The position numbers were made by a program, and so were the translations under genes. This document shows, in pieces, positions 10,695-21,183 of a stretch of DNA of 64,000 nt. The notes below the pieces were generated by a model. That model did not search any database. It saw only the letters and a program-made list of their open reading frames with translations, and was not told where the DNA came from. Each line of letters opens with the position of its first letter. Within the stretch, counting starts at the first letter, position 1. This stretch comes from an uncultured Pirellulales bacterium (GTDB lineage: Bacteria; Planctomycetota; Phycisphaerae; Sedimentisphaerales; SM23-30): contig CAYZXY010000013.1 in assembly GCA_964482555.1 (NCBI GenBank), forward strand, positions 1,225-65,224. Direction: 5' to 3'.

Positions 10695-10802
10695 AATGAG
10701 TCTCCTGAATTCCTGTAAATATGTTTCATAACCATTAAACGCTTCCATAATCACTTTGTCTGAATGCATCTGTGTTTTTCTTCCCTGCATAAAAATGAAA
10801 TT

Positions 10803-10880
10803 CATACGGCTTGCGATTGCGTTTTCGCTTATGCGGCTTCTGTTCCGTTTTCACCAATCGTTTTTATACACAATTGGGTA
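10803..10880 (-). repeat. left arm of a 78-nt inverted repeat (family-1 terminal palindrome + AAAA + 58-nt module)
   Basis: Its reverse complement matches 11590-11667. The first 36 nt (CATACGGCTTGCGATTGCGTTTTCGCTTATGCGGCT) match perfectly and the rest at about 80 percent. Confidence 0.9.
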
Positions 10881-10901
10881 AAATTGCCTTCTTTTGATTG
10901 T

Positions 10902-11007
10902 TATACTCGTTCCGATTGAAAATACCCATTTTGTCTTAACGTAATTATTTGCGGATAAAAAAGCTTACGCCCGGCCTTGCCAAGAGCTTTCTACCCAATT
11001 GGCTATA
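10902..11007 (+). repeat. family-1 interspersed repeat, forward orientation
   Basis: TATACTCGTTCCGATTGAAAATACCC...CTACCCAATTGGCTATA. Confidence 0.9.
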
Positions 11008-11164
11008 ACCGCCATTCCCAGAATCCAATTAATGTGCGAACCAGCATCAGAACCAGAAAATATTATAATAACGACAGGCCCGCCGGCACAAGCTTTTTCC
11101 CAACGGAATAAAAATTATCATTGAAATCGGCAATCCGTACGGATAAACATCACAGGCTAATGGT

Positions 11165-11275
11165 TAAATTCGTTCTGGATGAATTTTCCCGTTTTGCATT
11201 TTGCTTAAGCGTAATTACTTGCGGATTAGAAACTTACGATTTATCCTGGCGAGAATGCCCGGCCCTTGGGAGATG
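11165..11275 (+). repeat. family-1 repeat, forward, degenerate, with an internal insertion
   Basis: CGTTCTGGATGAATTTTCCCGTTTTG...AAGCGTAATTACTTGCGGATTAGAAACTTACG...GCCCGGCCCTTGGGAG. Boundaries are approximate. Confidence 0.55.
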
Positions 11276-11494
11276 ATTTAGCCGCATGCGTTTCCTTCGC
11301 CGGCTTCGTATCGGGCATCAGCGCAACCTGGTGCCTCGCCAATGGACCGGTTGCCGGCGAAAACTTCCAGCATCTGGCGGAAGAGACGGAATTGTCGCGG
11401 AACAACATAAGGCGAGTACGCAAAAAAAACCGGTTGACTCGAAAATGGCATATATTCATTATTTGGATTGACATTTATAATAACCCGGTGATAG

Positions 11495-11603
11495 TATATG
11501 ATGTTTGTTTCGATTGAAATTATCCGCTTAATCAGGACGTGATTTCGTGTCGATAATATACTTGCGTCCGGCCCTGCCAGGAGCTTTCGACCCGATTGGG
11601 TAT
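11495..11603 (+). repeat. family-1 repeat, forward, degenerate 5' half
   Basis: ...TTCGATTGAAAT...CTTGCGTCCGGCCCTGCCAGGAGCTTTCGACCCGATTGGGTAT. Its end forms the start of the right inverted-repeat arm. Confidence 0.65.
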
Positions 11604-11667
11604 CAAAAACGATTGGAGAAAACGGGAGAAGAGCCGCATAAGCGAAAACGCAATCGCAAGCCGTATG
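11590..11667 (+). repeat. right arm of the 78-nt inverted repeat (58-nt module pointing at the metal-transporter operon)
   Basis: CGATTGGAGAAAACGGGAGAAGAGCCGCATAAGCGAAAACGCAATCGCAAGCCGTATG. It ends 22 nt before the ATG at 11689. Confidence 0.9.
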
Positions 11668-11688
11668 CAAATAGCGAGTAAACATTAA

Positions 11689-12717
11689 ATGAAAGGCTTT
11701 AACATGTCAGTTGGCAGCAGAATCGTGGTGTTTATCTTATTGGGTATTTCCCCGTTTTTCTGGGGATGCAGTAAAGAGGTGGCGAGCCATGGAGGGGAGG
11801 GAGAGAACGCTGATTTGAAGCCGAAACAGTATCCTTATCAAGTCACGGCAACGGTCGGCATGATTACGGATGTCGTTCGTAATATTGCCGGCGACAAAGC
11901 GAACGTACAGGGTATTATCGGTGAGGGAATTGATCCTCATCTATATAAACCGGCACGTGCTGACGTGGTCAAGCTCAGCCAGGCCGATGTGGTTTTTTAT
12001 AACGGGCTGATGCTCGAAGGGAAAATGGGTGATGTGCTGGTGCGGGTGGCCCGCCAGGGCAAGCCTGTATATGCCGTAACCGAGACAATTCTGGAGCAGG
12101 GCGATTATGTGATGACCGATGAGGCGGAACATTATGATCCGCATGTCTGGATGGATGTGAGCGGCTGGATACGAGCGGCTGGCGTCGTGGCTGATGCGCT
12201 GGCAGAGTTCGATCCTGACAATGCCGCCTTCTATCAGTCCAATGCCGACGCCTACATCCTGAAACTGCGTGAATTGGATGACTATGCCCGGCGATCGATT
12301 GCTACGATTCCGGAGAAGCAGAAGGTTTTAGTGACGGCACATGATGCGTTTAGCTACATGGGACGGGCTTATGGACTGGAGGTTCGCGGCATACAGGGAT
12401 TGAGCACGGAATCGGAGGCCGGCGTTCAGGACATCGAAAAACTGGTTCAGTTTCTGAGCGAGCGTAAGATACCGGCGGTTTTTGTCGAAACCTCCGTTGC
12501 CGACAAGAACATCCGTGCGCTGGTCGAAGGAACCCGGGCACGCGGCCATGAAGTCCGCATCGGCGGTGTGTTGTTTTCAGACGCCATGGGCCCGGCCGGA
12601 TCCTACGAAGGCACCTATATCGGCATGATCGACCATAATGTCACGACGATTACCCGTGCTCTGGGCGGCGATGCGCCCGCAAAGGGCATGCAGGGAAAGC
12701 TGACGCCGAAGGATTAA
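11689..12717 (+). CDS. metal (Mn/Zn/Fe) ABC transporter substrate-binding protein, TroA/ZnuA/YtgA family
   Basis: Lipoprotein-like N-terminus (LLGISPFFWGCS). HLYKPARAD and DPHVWMD motifs are typical of cluster A-I binding proteins. It is the first gene of a four-gene transporter operon. Confidence 0.85.
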   Translation: MKGFNMSVGSRIVVFILLGISPFFWGCSKEVASHGGEGENADLKPKQYPYQVTATVGMITDVVRNIAGDKANVQGIIGEGIDPHLYKPARADVVKLSQADVVFYNGLMLEGKMGDVLVRVARQGKPVYAVTETILEQGDYVMTDEAEHYDPHVWMDVSGWIRAAGVVADALAEFDPDNAAFYQSNADAYILKLRELDDYARRSIATIPEKQKVLVTAHDAFSYMGRAYGLEVRGIQGLSTESEAGVQDIEKLVQFLSERKIPAVFVETSVADKNIRALVEGTRARGHEVRIGGVLFSDAMGPAGSYEGTYIGMIDHNVTTITRALGGDAPAKGMQGKLTPKD

Positions 12718-12725
12718 AACACGCT

Positions 12726-12814
12726 ATTTACTCCTGGCTGGGACACGCCTGACCGTTTTTTGTGTAAACTGTTATGATTGGAGAAAACGGGGGAACGCAT
12801 TTGGATGCCGTATA
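12726..12814 (+). repeat. family-2 composite repeat (family-1-like half plus a shortened 58-nt module)
   Basis: CTCCTGGCTGGGACACGCCTGACCGTTTTTTGTGTAAACTGTTATGATTGGAGAAAACGGGGGAACGCATTTGGATGCCGTATA aligns with 32331-32453. It ends 2 nt before the ATG at 12816. Confidence 0.7.
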
Positions 12815-12815
12815 A

Positions 12816-13664
12816 ATGGAGAATGAAACCATGGACCCTGTCACTCATACTGAAAATACTATAAACGAACGGCAAACGCCGATCGCAACTTACGAGCATC
12901 ATGATAAATCCTTGCCGCTTACCGTCCACGATCTGACTGTGGCCTACCACCGGAAACCGGTGCTCTGGGATATTGATCTGGATATACCGCAAGGCAAGCT
13001 GGTAGGAATTGTCGGACCAAACGGTGCCGGCAAAAGTACATTGATCAAAGCCTGTCTCGACCTGGCGCCTCGGGCTTCGGGACGGGTGCAGATTTACGGC
13101 AAACCTTATCGTAAACAACGCTCCCTGATTGGTTATGTGCCGCAACGCGAGAGCATTGACTGGGATTTTCCCGTCAGCGCCCTTGATGTTGTCGCGATGG
13201 GGACCTATGGGCGACTGGGCTGGTTTCGTCCGGTTGGACGGAAACAGAAAGACACCGCCTATCAGGCTCTGGACCGACTGGGGATTGCCCATTTGCATGA
13301 CCGGCAGATCAGTCAGCTCTCGGGCGGGCAGCAGCAGCGTGTCTTTCTGGCCCGGGCCCTGGTTCAGGATGCGAAGCTTTACTTCATGGATGAGCCGTTC
13401 GCTGCGGTCGATGCCGCGACGGAGCGAGCGATTGTTACGCTGCTGCAGGAGTTGAAAGATCAGGGGAAAACCTGCCTGGTGGTTCATCATGACCTGGCCA
13501 CCGTGAGCCAGTACTTCGACTGGCTCATCCTCCTGAATATGCGCGTGGTCAAGGTCGGCCCCACCGCGGAGGTCTTTACCCGGGAAAACCTGAAAAACAC
13601 TTATGGCGGTCGGCTAGCTTTCCTGGAAGAAACCGGCGAGGCCCTCCATTTGGAAGACAGGTGA
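12816..13664 (+). CDS. metal ABC transporter ATP-binding protein (TroB/ZnuC/YtgB-like)
   Basis: Walker A GPNGAGKST, signature LSGGQQQR, Walker B LYFMDEP. Confidence 0.9.
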   Translation: MENETMDPVTHTENTINERQTPIATYEHHDKSLPLTVHDLTVAYHRKPVLWDIDLDIPQGKLVGIVGPNGAGKSTLIKACLDLAPRASGRVQIYGKPYRKQRSLIGYVPQRESIDWDFPVSALDVVAMGTYGRLGWFRPVGRKQKDTAYQALDRLGIAHLHDRQISQLSGGQQQRVFLARALVQDAKLYFMDEPFAAVDAATERAIVTLLQELKDQGKTCLVVHHDLATVSQYFDWLILLNMRVVKVGPTAEVFTRENLKNTYGGRLAFLEETGEALHLEDR

Positions 13665-13668
13665 TATT

Positions 13669-15165
13669 ATGCATAAGCAACTTTGCCTTGTTTCATTTTT
13701 GCTGTCGGCGTTATTTCTGATGACATCCCTTCAGGCGGAGCCGTTAGCAACTTCCAAACGAAGCGATTCCCGGCAAACGGTCTCGCCGATCGATTCCGGC
13801 ATCGACTGGCCGACGGCGACGGAGATATTCCGCGTGGTGACTTTGCAGAATTATAACACCCGTCTGGTTGTTTTGAGTACAACAGTGCTGGGCATTGCCG
13901 CGGGCGTGGTCGGCAGCTTTCTGCTGCTGCGAAAACGCTCATTAATGGGCGATGTGCTCTCCCATGCCTGCCTGCCCGGTATCGGACTTTTTTTCATGTG
14001 GATGGTCGCGCTGGGCAGCGAAGGCAAGAACCTGCCCGGCCTGCTGCTGGGGGCGACACTGACAGGCACAGGCGGCGTCGGTCTGGTTCTGCTGATTCGC
14101 CGAACAACCCGCATCAAAGACGATGCGGCCATGGGCATTGTGCTGTCGGTATTTTTCGGCATTGGTATCGTTGTGCTTGGTATGGTGCAGACCATGCCCG
14201 GCGCCAGCGCCTCTGGTTTGGAAAACTATATTTATGGCAAAACCGCATCCATGGTGATGCAGGATTACGTTTTGATTTGCGTTACAGCGGTCATTGTCGT
14301 TCTGACGTCGATTCTGCTGCTGAAAGAATTCACCCTGTTGTGTTTTGATGAGGGCTTTGCCGCCTCGCAGGGATGGCCAGTTATCCGGCTGGACAGCATC
14401 ATGCTGCTGCTGGTGGCCGCCATCACGGTAGTCGGACTGCAGGCGGTGGGGCTGATACTGATTATCGCATTTCTGATAACACCTGCCGCGTCGGCACGAT
14501 TCTGGACCGATGGCTTGAAACGCATGATGCTGCTGGCGGGGCTGATAGGTGGACTCAGCGGCTGGCTGGGGGCCTCGATCAGTGCTCTGCTGCCGCGATT
14601 GCCTGCCGGTGCGGTCATTGTACTGGTGGCAACGGGTATGTTTCTGGTCAGTCTGATTTTTGGCTCCACACGCGGCATCATCCGCCGGTTGCTCGCTCAT
14701 TATCGGTTGCGCCGAAAAGTGGGGCAGCAGAACCTGCTGCGGGCCATTTATGAAATCATCGAGATGAAACAGCACCCGGAAATGCCTGTTTCGGCCGAAA
14801 CGGCCATCATTTTCGAATCCTTGCTTAATCACCGCTCCTGGAGCCGGTCGCAATTACGGCAACTGATCGCCGCGGCCCAGCAGGCCAACCTGATCCATTT
14901 CTTCGACGGCAAACAGGTGCGTCTGTCGGCGACAGGTTTAAGTGAAGCGGCCCGTCTCACCCGCAATCACCGGTTGTGGGAAATGTACTTGATTCAGTAT
15001 GCCGACATAGCACCCAGTCACGTCGACCGGGATGCCGATGCGGTGGAGCATATTCTCGGCGGCGAGATGGTTCAGAATCTGGAAAACGAACTGCTGAAAT
15101 CCGGCCGTTCGCCGGTGGTCCCCGTACCGGTCAGCCCTCATGCCTTATCGGAAGGAGCGTCTTGA
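13669..15165 (+). CDS. ABC-3 family metal permease fused to a C-terminal DtxR/MntR-type repressor domain (YtgC-YtgR-like)
   Basis: The first ~350 aa are polytopic membrane protein. The C-terminal ~140 aa carry LLRAIYEI... and LTRNHRLWEMYLIQYADIAPSHVDRDADAVEHILGGEM, matching the DtxR HTH plus dimerisation pattern. Confidence 0.8.
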   Translation: MHKQLCLVSFLLSALFLMTSLQAEPLATSKRSDSRQTVSPIDSGIDWPTATEIFRVVTLQNYNTRLVVLSTTVLGIAAGVVGSFLLLRKRSLMGDVLSHACLPGIGLFFMWMVALGSEGKNLPGLLLGATLTGTGGVGLVLLIRRTTRIKDDAAMGIVLSVFFGIGIVVLGMVQTMPGASASGLENYIYGKTASMVMQDYVLICVTAVIVVLTSILLLKEFTLLCFDEGFAASQGWPVIRLDSIMLLLVAAITVVGLQAVGLILIIAFLITPAASARFWTDGLKRMMLLAGLIGGLSGWLGASISALLPRLPAGAVIVLVATGMFLVSLIFGSTRGIIRRLLAHYRLRRKVGQQNLLRAIYEIIEMKQHPEMPVSAETAIIFESLLNHRSWSRSQLRQLIAAAQQANLIHFFDGKQVRLSATGLSEAARLTRNHRLWEMYLIQYADIAPSHVDRDADAVEHILGGEMVQNLENELLKSGRSPVVPVPVSPHALSEGAS

Positions 15166-16079
15166 TGACCTGGTTACCTCTGGATTCCTGGATTGTCGTT
15201 ATCGGTATTTTGTGTGCGGCGGCCTGTGCCCTGCCGGGCTGCTTTCTGGTCCTACGTCACATGAGCATGATGGGCGATGCGATCAGTCATGCCGTCTTGC
15301 CGGGGCTGGCTATAGCGTTTCTGATCAGCGGCAGCCGTTCCAGTTTTGCCATGTTTATCGGAGCGGTCGTTATTGGTGTATTGACGGCGGCGTTCACGCA
15401 GTGGATCAGCGGGCTGGGCCGGGTCGAACGCGGTGCGTCGATGGGTATTGTCTTTACGACACTGTTCGCCATCGGGCTGCTGCTGATTGTGCAGGCCGCG
15501 GACCATGTGGACCTCGATCCGGGCTGTGTTCTGTATGGAGCTATTGAACTGACGCCTTTGGACACCGTTTTTACCTGGCAGATGGGGCAGTGGACGCTGG
15601 CGGTTCCGCGAGCGGCGGTAGTGCTACTGGCGGTGTTTTTAATCAATCTTGCTGTAATCATCCTGTTCTTTAAGGAACTGCGAATCAGCGCCTTCGATCC
15701 TGAGCTGGCCACGACCGTCGGTATCAATGCCGACCTGATGCATTATTTGCTGATGGGGATGGTGGCGGTGACCTGTGTTGCCGCTTTTGAGGCGGTGGGG
15801 AGCATTATCGTAATTGCCATGCTGATCGTGCCCGCCGCGACGGCATACCTGCTCACAGAGCGGTTGTCGCTGATGCTGCTATTCAGCATAATCGCCGCGG
15901 CAGTTTCGGCTGGCCTGGGCCACGTCGGAGCACTGGTCGTACCGGGATGGATGGGCTATGAAAGTACCTCCTCATCGGGCATGATGGCGGCGGCAGCAGG
16001 ATTTGTTTTTTTGCTGGCCTGGCTTTTCGCACCCCGCCACGGCGTATTCACGCGACGCCTGCAGCGCCATGCAAAATAA
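15165..16079 (+). CDS. ABC-3 family metal permease (TroD/YtgD-like)
   Basis: The ATG at 15165 overlaps the upstream stop (TGATG). The sequence is hydrophobic throughout. The upstream extension of the ORF to 14976 is rejected. Confidence 0.85.
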   Translation: MTWLPLDSWIVVIGILCAAACALPGCFLVLRHMSMMGDAISHAVLPGLAIAFLISGSRSSFAMFIGAVVIGVLTAAFTQWISGLGRVERGASMGIVFTTLFAIGLLLIVQAADHVDLDPGCVLYGAIELTPLDTVFTWQMGQWTLAVPRAAVVLLAVFLINLAVIILFFKELRISAFDPELATTVGINADLMHYLLMGMVAVTCVAAFEAVGSIIVIAMLIVPAATAYLLTERLSLMLLFSIIAAAVSAGLGHVGALVVPGWMGYESTSSSGMMAAAAGFVFLLAWLFAPRHGVFTRRLQRHAK

Positions 16080-16277
16080 TTCAGGAAACAGGACAGGCGA
16101 GCACGCCGCCCCACTGAATGAATCCGTCGCTGCATCTCTGGTCTGGTGCACATAACCACAAGGTCTCGTCTTTACGCACACTTAGAGGTGCCCTTAAGCT
16201 TATCTTTACGCTTTACCTCCCCGCGTTTGAGCCAGGTTTACCTCTTTCACGTACGTCCCACCTGACGCATTTCCTGT

Positions 16278-16311
16278 GGCCCTGCCAGGAGTTTTTTACC
16301 CGATCGGGTAT
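16278..16311 (+). repeat. family-1 repeat fragment (3' end only)
   Basis: GGCCCTGCCAGGAGTTTTTTACCCGATCGGGTAT. Confidence 0.6.
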
Positions 16312-16334
16312 GCCCTTTGGTAAGGATGTTCGTG

Positions 16335-17027
16335 TTACCTGGGGGGGATAGCGAGGAGGGTGCCGGCGGAGAGGTTATTGGGATTGGGGATTTGGTTCTG
16401 ATTGGCGTTGAGGATTTTTTGCCATTGGCTGCCGTCGCCGAGAAAGCGTTGGGCTATTTTGTACAAGGTGTCCCCGGTATTGACGATGTAATAGTCTGGC
16501 AGGCGGTCGGGGGCGGCCTGGTAAGCCGGGTCGAGGGGCAGGTAGATGCGTATGTCCGTTTTGAGGTCCTGGGGCGTTTTCAGCCGCTCCCGGTTGTTTG
16601 CGTATATTTTTTCCCAGAGGTGGCCGTTTTGATAATAACGCCGGGCGATGTTAAACAAGGTGTCACCGGGACGGATACGGTGAACCATTTGTCCCCAGTA
16701 TTTGCTGTTGACCTGTTTGTAATGGTGAATAAACTGATTGCGCTGCTCTACGGTGATGGCGAATTCCCTGTCGTCGATTTTCCAGAGGCTGTGGTCAGGG
16801 ATCAATTGGTTGAGAGGGCGATAGGGGATGTCCTGTAAAGTTGCGGGCGGCGTAGCACGCCGGGGCGGCTCCGGTTGATAGGGCCGGCAGCCGGTAAAAA
16901 GGAAAAGCAACAGTGAAAACGCACCCAGGCTGAAACACGAGACGCTGAGGTATTGAGGCACATAACTAAAACATCTCAAATCCCGGATTTTAAATACAGA
17001 AATAATGTTATGGGACTTATTAATCAT
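16335..17027 (-). CDS. LysM-domain lipoprotein (two LysM repeats)
   Basis: Two LysM motifs (RIRPGDTLFNIARRY..., YIVNTGDTLYKIAQRF...). Lipobox LFLFTGC. The ATG overlaps the pcm stop (ATGATTAA). Confidence 0.8.
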   Translation of the reverse strand: MINKSHNIISVFKIRDLRCFSYVPQYLSVSCFSLGAFSLLLFLFTGCRPYQPEPPRRATPPATLQDIPYRPLNQLIPDHSLWKIDDREFAITVEQRNQFIHHYKQVNSKYWGQMVHRIRPGDTLFNIARRYYQNGHLWEKIYANNRERLKTPQDLKTDIRIYLPLDPAYQAAPDRLPDYYIVNTGDTLYKIAQRFLGDGSQWQKILNANQNQIPNPNNLSAGTLLAIPPR

Positions 17028-17664
17028 CGATCAGTCTCACAAAACGGCACCAGCAGATGTTTTTTGATTCGAACGCTGCGCCGTGTTTTTTTACCAGCAG
17101 GAGCTTCTGACCCTGGCTGTCATCCACGGGGATAACCATGCGACTGCCGTCTTTGAGTTGAGCGAGCAGGTGGGGCGGGATACCGGGTGAGGCCGCTGCG
17201 ACAAGGATCGCGTCGAATTCCCGATGGTCAGGCCAGCCTTTTCGACCGTTGCCGATGTGGTAGTGCACATTGTCGATACCCAGGCTTTCCAGGGGTTGCC
17301 GGGCGGCCAGTGAAAGCTCTTCGAGCACCTCAATTGTAAATACTTTCCGGCACAGACTGGCGAGTATCGCAGTTTGATAACCGCAGCCGGTGCCGATCTC
17401 CAGAACCTCGTCTTGCGGCTCAATGTGGAGGGCCTCGGTCATCAGGGCGACCATATAAGGCTGAGAAATGGTCTGCCCATCTCCAATCTGGACTGGTTGA
17501 TCGAGATACGCTTCGTGTCGGTTCTCTTTGGGGATGAACAATTGCCGGGGGAGGTTACTCATGATAGTGAGGACGCGTTCATCCTTGATTCCGCGATGGC
17601 GAATCTGGTTTTCGACCATTTGCCGGCGGAGAATAATTTCATTTTCTGATTCGTTCAAGGCCAT
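17020..17664 (-). CDS. pcm: protein-L-isoaspartate O-methyltransferase
   Basis: GQTISQPYMVA and the SAM-binding VLEIGTGCGYQTAILA motif. The start is trimmed to the ATG at 17664. Confidence 0.9.
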   Translation of the reverse strand: MALNESENEIILRRQMVENQIRHRGIKDERVLTIMSNLPRQLFIPKENRHEAYLDQPVQIGDGQTISQPYMVALMTEALHIEPQDEVLEIGTGCGYQTAILASLCRKVFTIEVLEELSLAARQPLESLGIDNVHYHIGNGRKGWPDHREFDAILVAAASPGIPPHLLAQLKDGSRMVIPVDDSQGQKLLLVKKHGAAFESKNICWCRFVRLIDD

Positions 17665-17822
17665 TGATACTATCTTTCCTTTGTTAAGTTCGTTGTCCAG
17701 TGAAAAATTCCCGTTATTTTTTTGCAAACCACGGCTCTTTACGATATTATTTCCGGTGCACACGCCCATTTCAAGGATTTGCTGGGCGGTGTGAAGTTAT
17801 AGGAGCCGGTTTTTACCGGTGA

Positions 17823-19172
<1,350 letters not shown>

Positions 19173-19209
19173 AACGCTGGCAGGCCCGCATCCGTAAGAA
19201 AGCGACGGC

Positions 19210-19710
19210 ATGAGTGATTCCGCCGGAACAAACCAGACATCAGGAAGTTATCTGGGACGACTGATATTGTTCTGGTTTTTCAGTACGACAGGGATGGTCT
19301 CTATCGGCATAGCGGCCCTGGCCCCGCTGGTGTTCGGTACCTGTGCCGACAGGGACTTTTGGCTGGATCAACAGAATCGCATCGCCCGGCTGGAGCAGAT
19401 TCGGGACCAGCAGGCGGAGTTGCTCGAGCGAGCGGAACAACCCGGCGTCGTAGAAAAAGCAGCCATCCATCATCTGCGATATCGGCCTTCGGGCAGCCCC
19501 CGGGAAGCGATCCGTTCAGTACCGGAGTCATGGCCGCAGCTGGAACGGGCGCTGGAACAGCTGGATTTAACGGGCCAGGCTCCCCAATCCTCTTCTGTGA
19601 TGAAAACCTACAGTGAGACATTGATCGAACGCCCCCGCACCCGTCTGTATCTGCTGGGGATGGGCGGAATTCTGTTGCTGGTAAGCCTGACCTGTTTTTT
19701 ACGGCGGTAA
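19210..19710 (+). CDS. hypothetical membrane protein with a coiled-coil segment (possibly FtsB/DivIC-like, by position after eno)
   Basis: One N-terminal and one C-terminal hydrophobic helix. The central region RIARLEQIRDQQAELLERAEQ looks coiled-coil. The functional guess rests only on eno-ftsB synteny seen in other bacteria. Confidence 0.4.
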   Translation: MSDSAGTNQTSGSYLGRLILFWFFSTTGMVSIGIAALAPLVFGTCADRDFWLDQQNRIARLEQIRDQQAELLERAEQPGVVEKAAIHHLRYRPSGSPREAIRSVPESWPQLERALEQLDLTGQAPQSSSVMKTYSETLIERPRTRLYLLGMGGILLLVSLTCFLRR

Positions 19711-19819
19711 GGAGTTCTAAGGACTCGCAGGACGGCCATTTCGTAACGGTCGGCGGATTGTTGCGAAAAAATATGAAACCAGAGATGATATGACATGCCA
19801 GGCGGGATGTTTGTCGATT

Positions 19820-20866
19820 TTATTTTTCGTGGCGGATTTTACGATGAAACTGTATAAAGTTCAGGTCGTTGTAACCCAGACCGATTGCCTGGGCGGTGGC
19901 AAGGTAGGGGGCCTGGATTTTTTCGTCTGTGACCACGAGCAGATTTTTATCTCTGCGGTAATTATTGATCAGGCTTAGCGCTACGCGATCGAGCGCGACC
20001 GGATCGACACTGAAGCTCAGCGTTTTGTGATCGACGATGGTGTTGGTGATATCCGGCCCGCCATGGTAGAGGACGCGAAGCGAATTGGCGATGTGCAGCC
20101 GGACCTTACCGCGAATCTGGGGCAGGGCGTAAATCTCCGGAACGAACGGGTCGCCGCGGTTGTCATACATTCCGTAAGGGCTCATATACTGATAAAAACG
20201 GGCCGGGCTTTTGATCACCGATAGCGAGAGGTTTGCCAGCGATGCTCTTAGCCCGATAATATTATCATCCATGAAGGCCGGGACATTGATGATCGCCGTA
20301 ACGTCATCAAGCCAGGCGGCAAGATACACCGTATCGCTGCCGATCTGGATACCCTCTTGTTGCCAGCCGTACTTGAATGCAATGGTGCCTTCCGCCTCTT
20401 TGGGCAGTTCGTCCAGGCCGATCAGCATGATGTTTTCCGCTTTAAACCCAGCTTTGTAAAGGCTTTGCAGCATGGCCGCAGCCAGGTCCCGATTGGTTCC
20501 CATGCGGCTGGCGTAGTGGGAGAAGGCCAGCGCGATGACATCATCATCATGAATAAAGTAACGCCAGGCACGGCCCAGGTCCTCTTTGCCGCTGGCTTTT
20601 TTGACGCCCGTATTGATCATATACCGCACACTGGCGACATGCACGTTTAAACTCCGAACAGCATATTCGCCATAGATTTCATAGACCTGCGATTTCTGCC
20701 GGCCCAGAGGATCGTTGATGGCATGGCGGTATTCATGTAACAGCCAGGACTGCTGTGGGGTAAAGGCCGGTAATGGCAAAGTTGCAGCACATAACCACAT
20801 TACTGTCATTAGGCCGGGCAGGCTGCTGCCGGAAAGGAATTTGTTAATAAATTTTAACTTTTTCAT
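19820..20866 (-). CDS. DUF362-like protein, function unknown
   Basis: 348-aa ORF with a signal-like N-terminus. The C-terminal pattern (HGGP...DHKTLSFSVDPVALDRVAL) resembles DUF362 from recall. Confidence 0.5.
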   Translation of the reverse strand: MKKLKFINKFLSGSSLPGLMTVMWLCAATLPLPAFTPQQSWLLHEYRHAINDPLGRQKSQVYEIYGEYAVRSLNVHVASVRYMINTGVKKASGKEDLGRAWRYFIHDDDVIALAFSHYASRMGTNRDLAAAMLQSLYKAGFKAENIMLIGLDELPKEAEGTIAFKYGWQQEGIQIGSDTVYLAAWLDDVTAIINVPAFMDDNIIGLRASLANLSLSVIKSPARFYQYMSPYGMYDNRGDPFVPEIYALPQIRGKVRLHIANSLRVLYHGGPDITNTIVDHKTLSFSVDPVALDRVALSLINNYRRDKNLLVVTDEKIQAPYLATAQAIGLGYNDLNFIQFHRKIRHEK

Positions 20867-21039
20867 TCGTAAATTATGGCGTTATAATGCTTTTCTTCAG
20901 AAGCAAACTTTACTATTATATTTTCTGACATTACAATAAATGGTACAAAAAATCATAAATCTTCATCGACAAAAACCCATAAATACACAAATTAGTATAT
21001 GATAATAATATCGGCAGTTATCTGTCCGGATATGAAATC

Positions 21040-21095
21040 TATACCCAATTGGGTAGTAAACTCTCGGCATGGCCGGGCGTAAATGTTTTTCTATA
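21040..21095 (-). repeat. family-1 repeat, reverse orientation, truncated (palindrome end plus hairpin-2 half)
   Basis: TATACCCAATTGGGTAGTAAACTCTCGGCATGGCCGGGCGTAAATGTTTTTC. Confidence 0.7.
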
Positions 21096-21183
21096 TGAAC
21101 TTGAAATAAAAAAAGATGAGCGGCGACGGCTGAATAGATGAGCCTGCGTCCGATATTTTTTGCATGCAGGGAGATGCATTTTT

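Noticed and set aside
10695-10805. The upstream extension of the fucosidase ORF to the ATG at 10805, and similar N-terminal extensions at 14976, 17769, 17844, 2051, 32275, 21160 and 50412.
   Set aside because: The extensions lack an RBS and enter repeat or intergenic sequence; the ATG at 10805 is the CCGTATG end of the 58-nt module. Internal ATGs with good RBSs give proper signal peptides or canonical N-termini.
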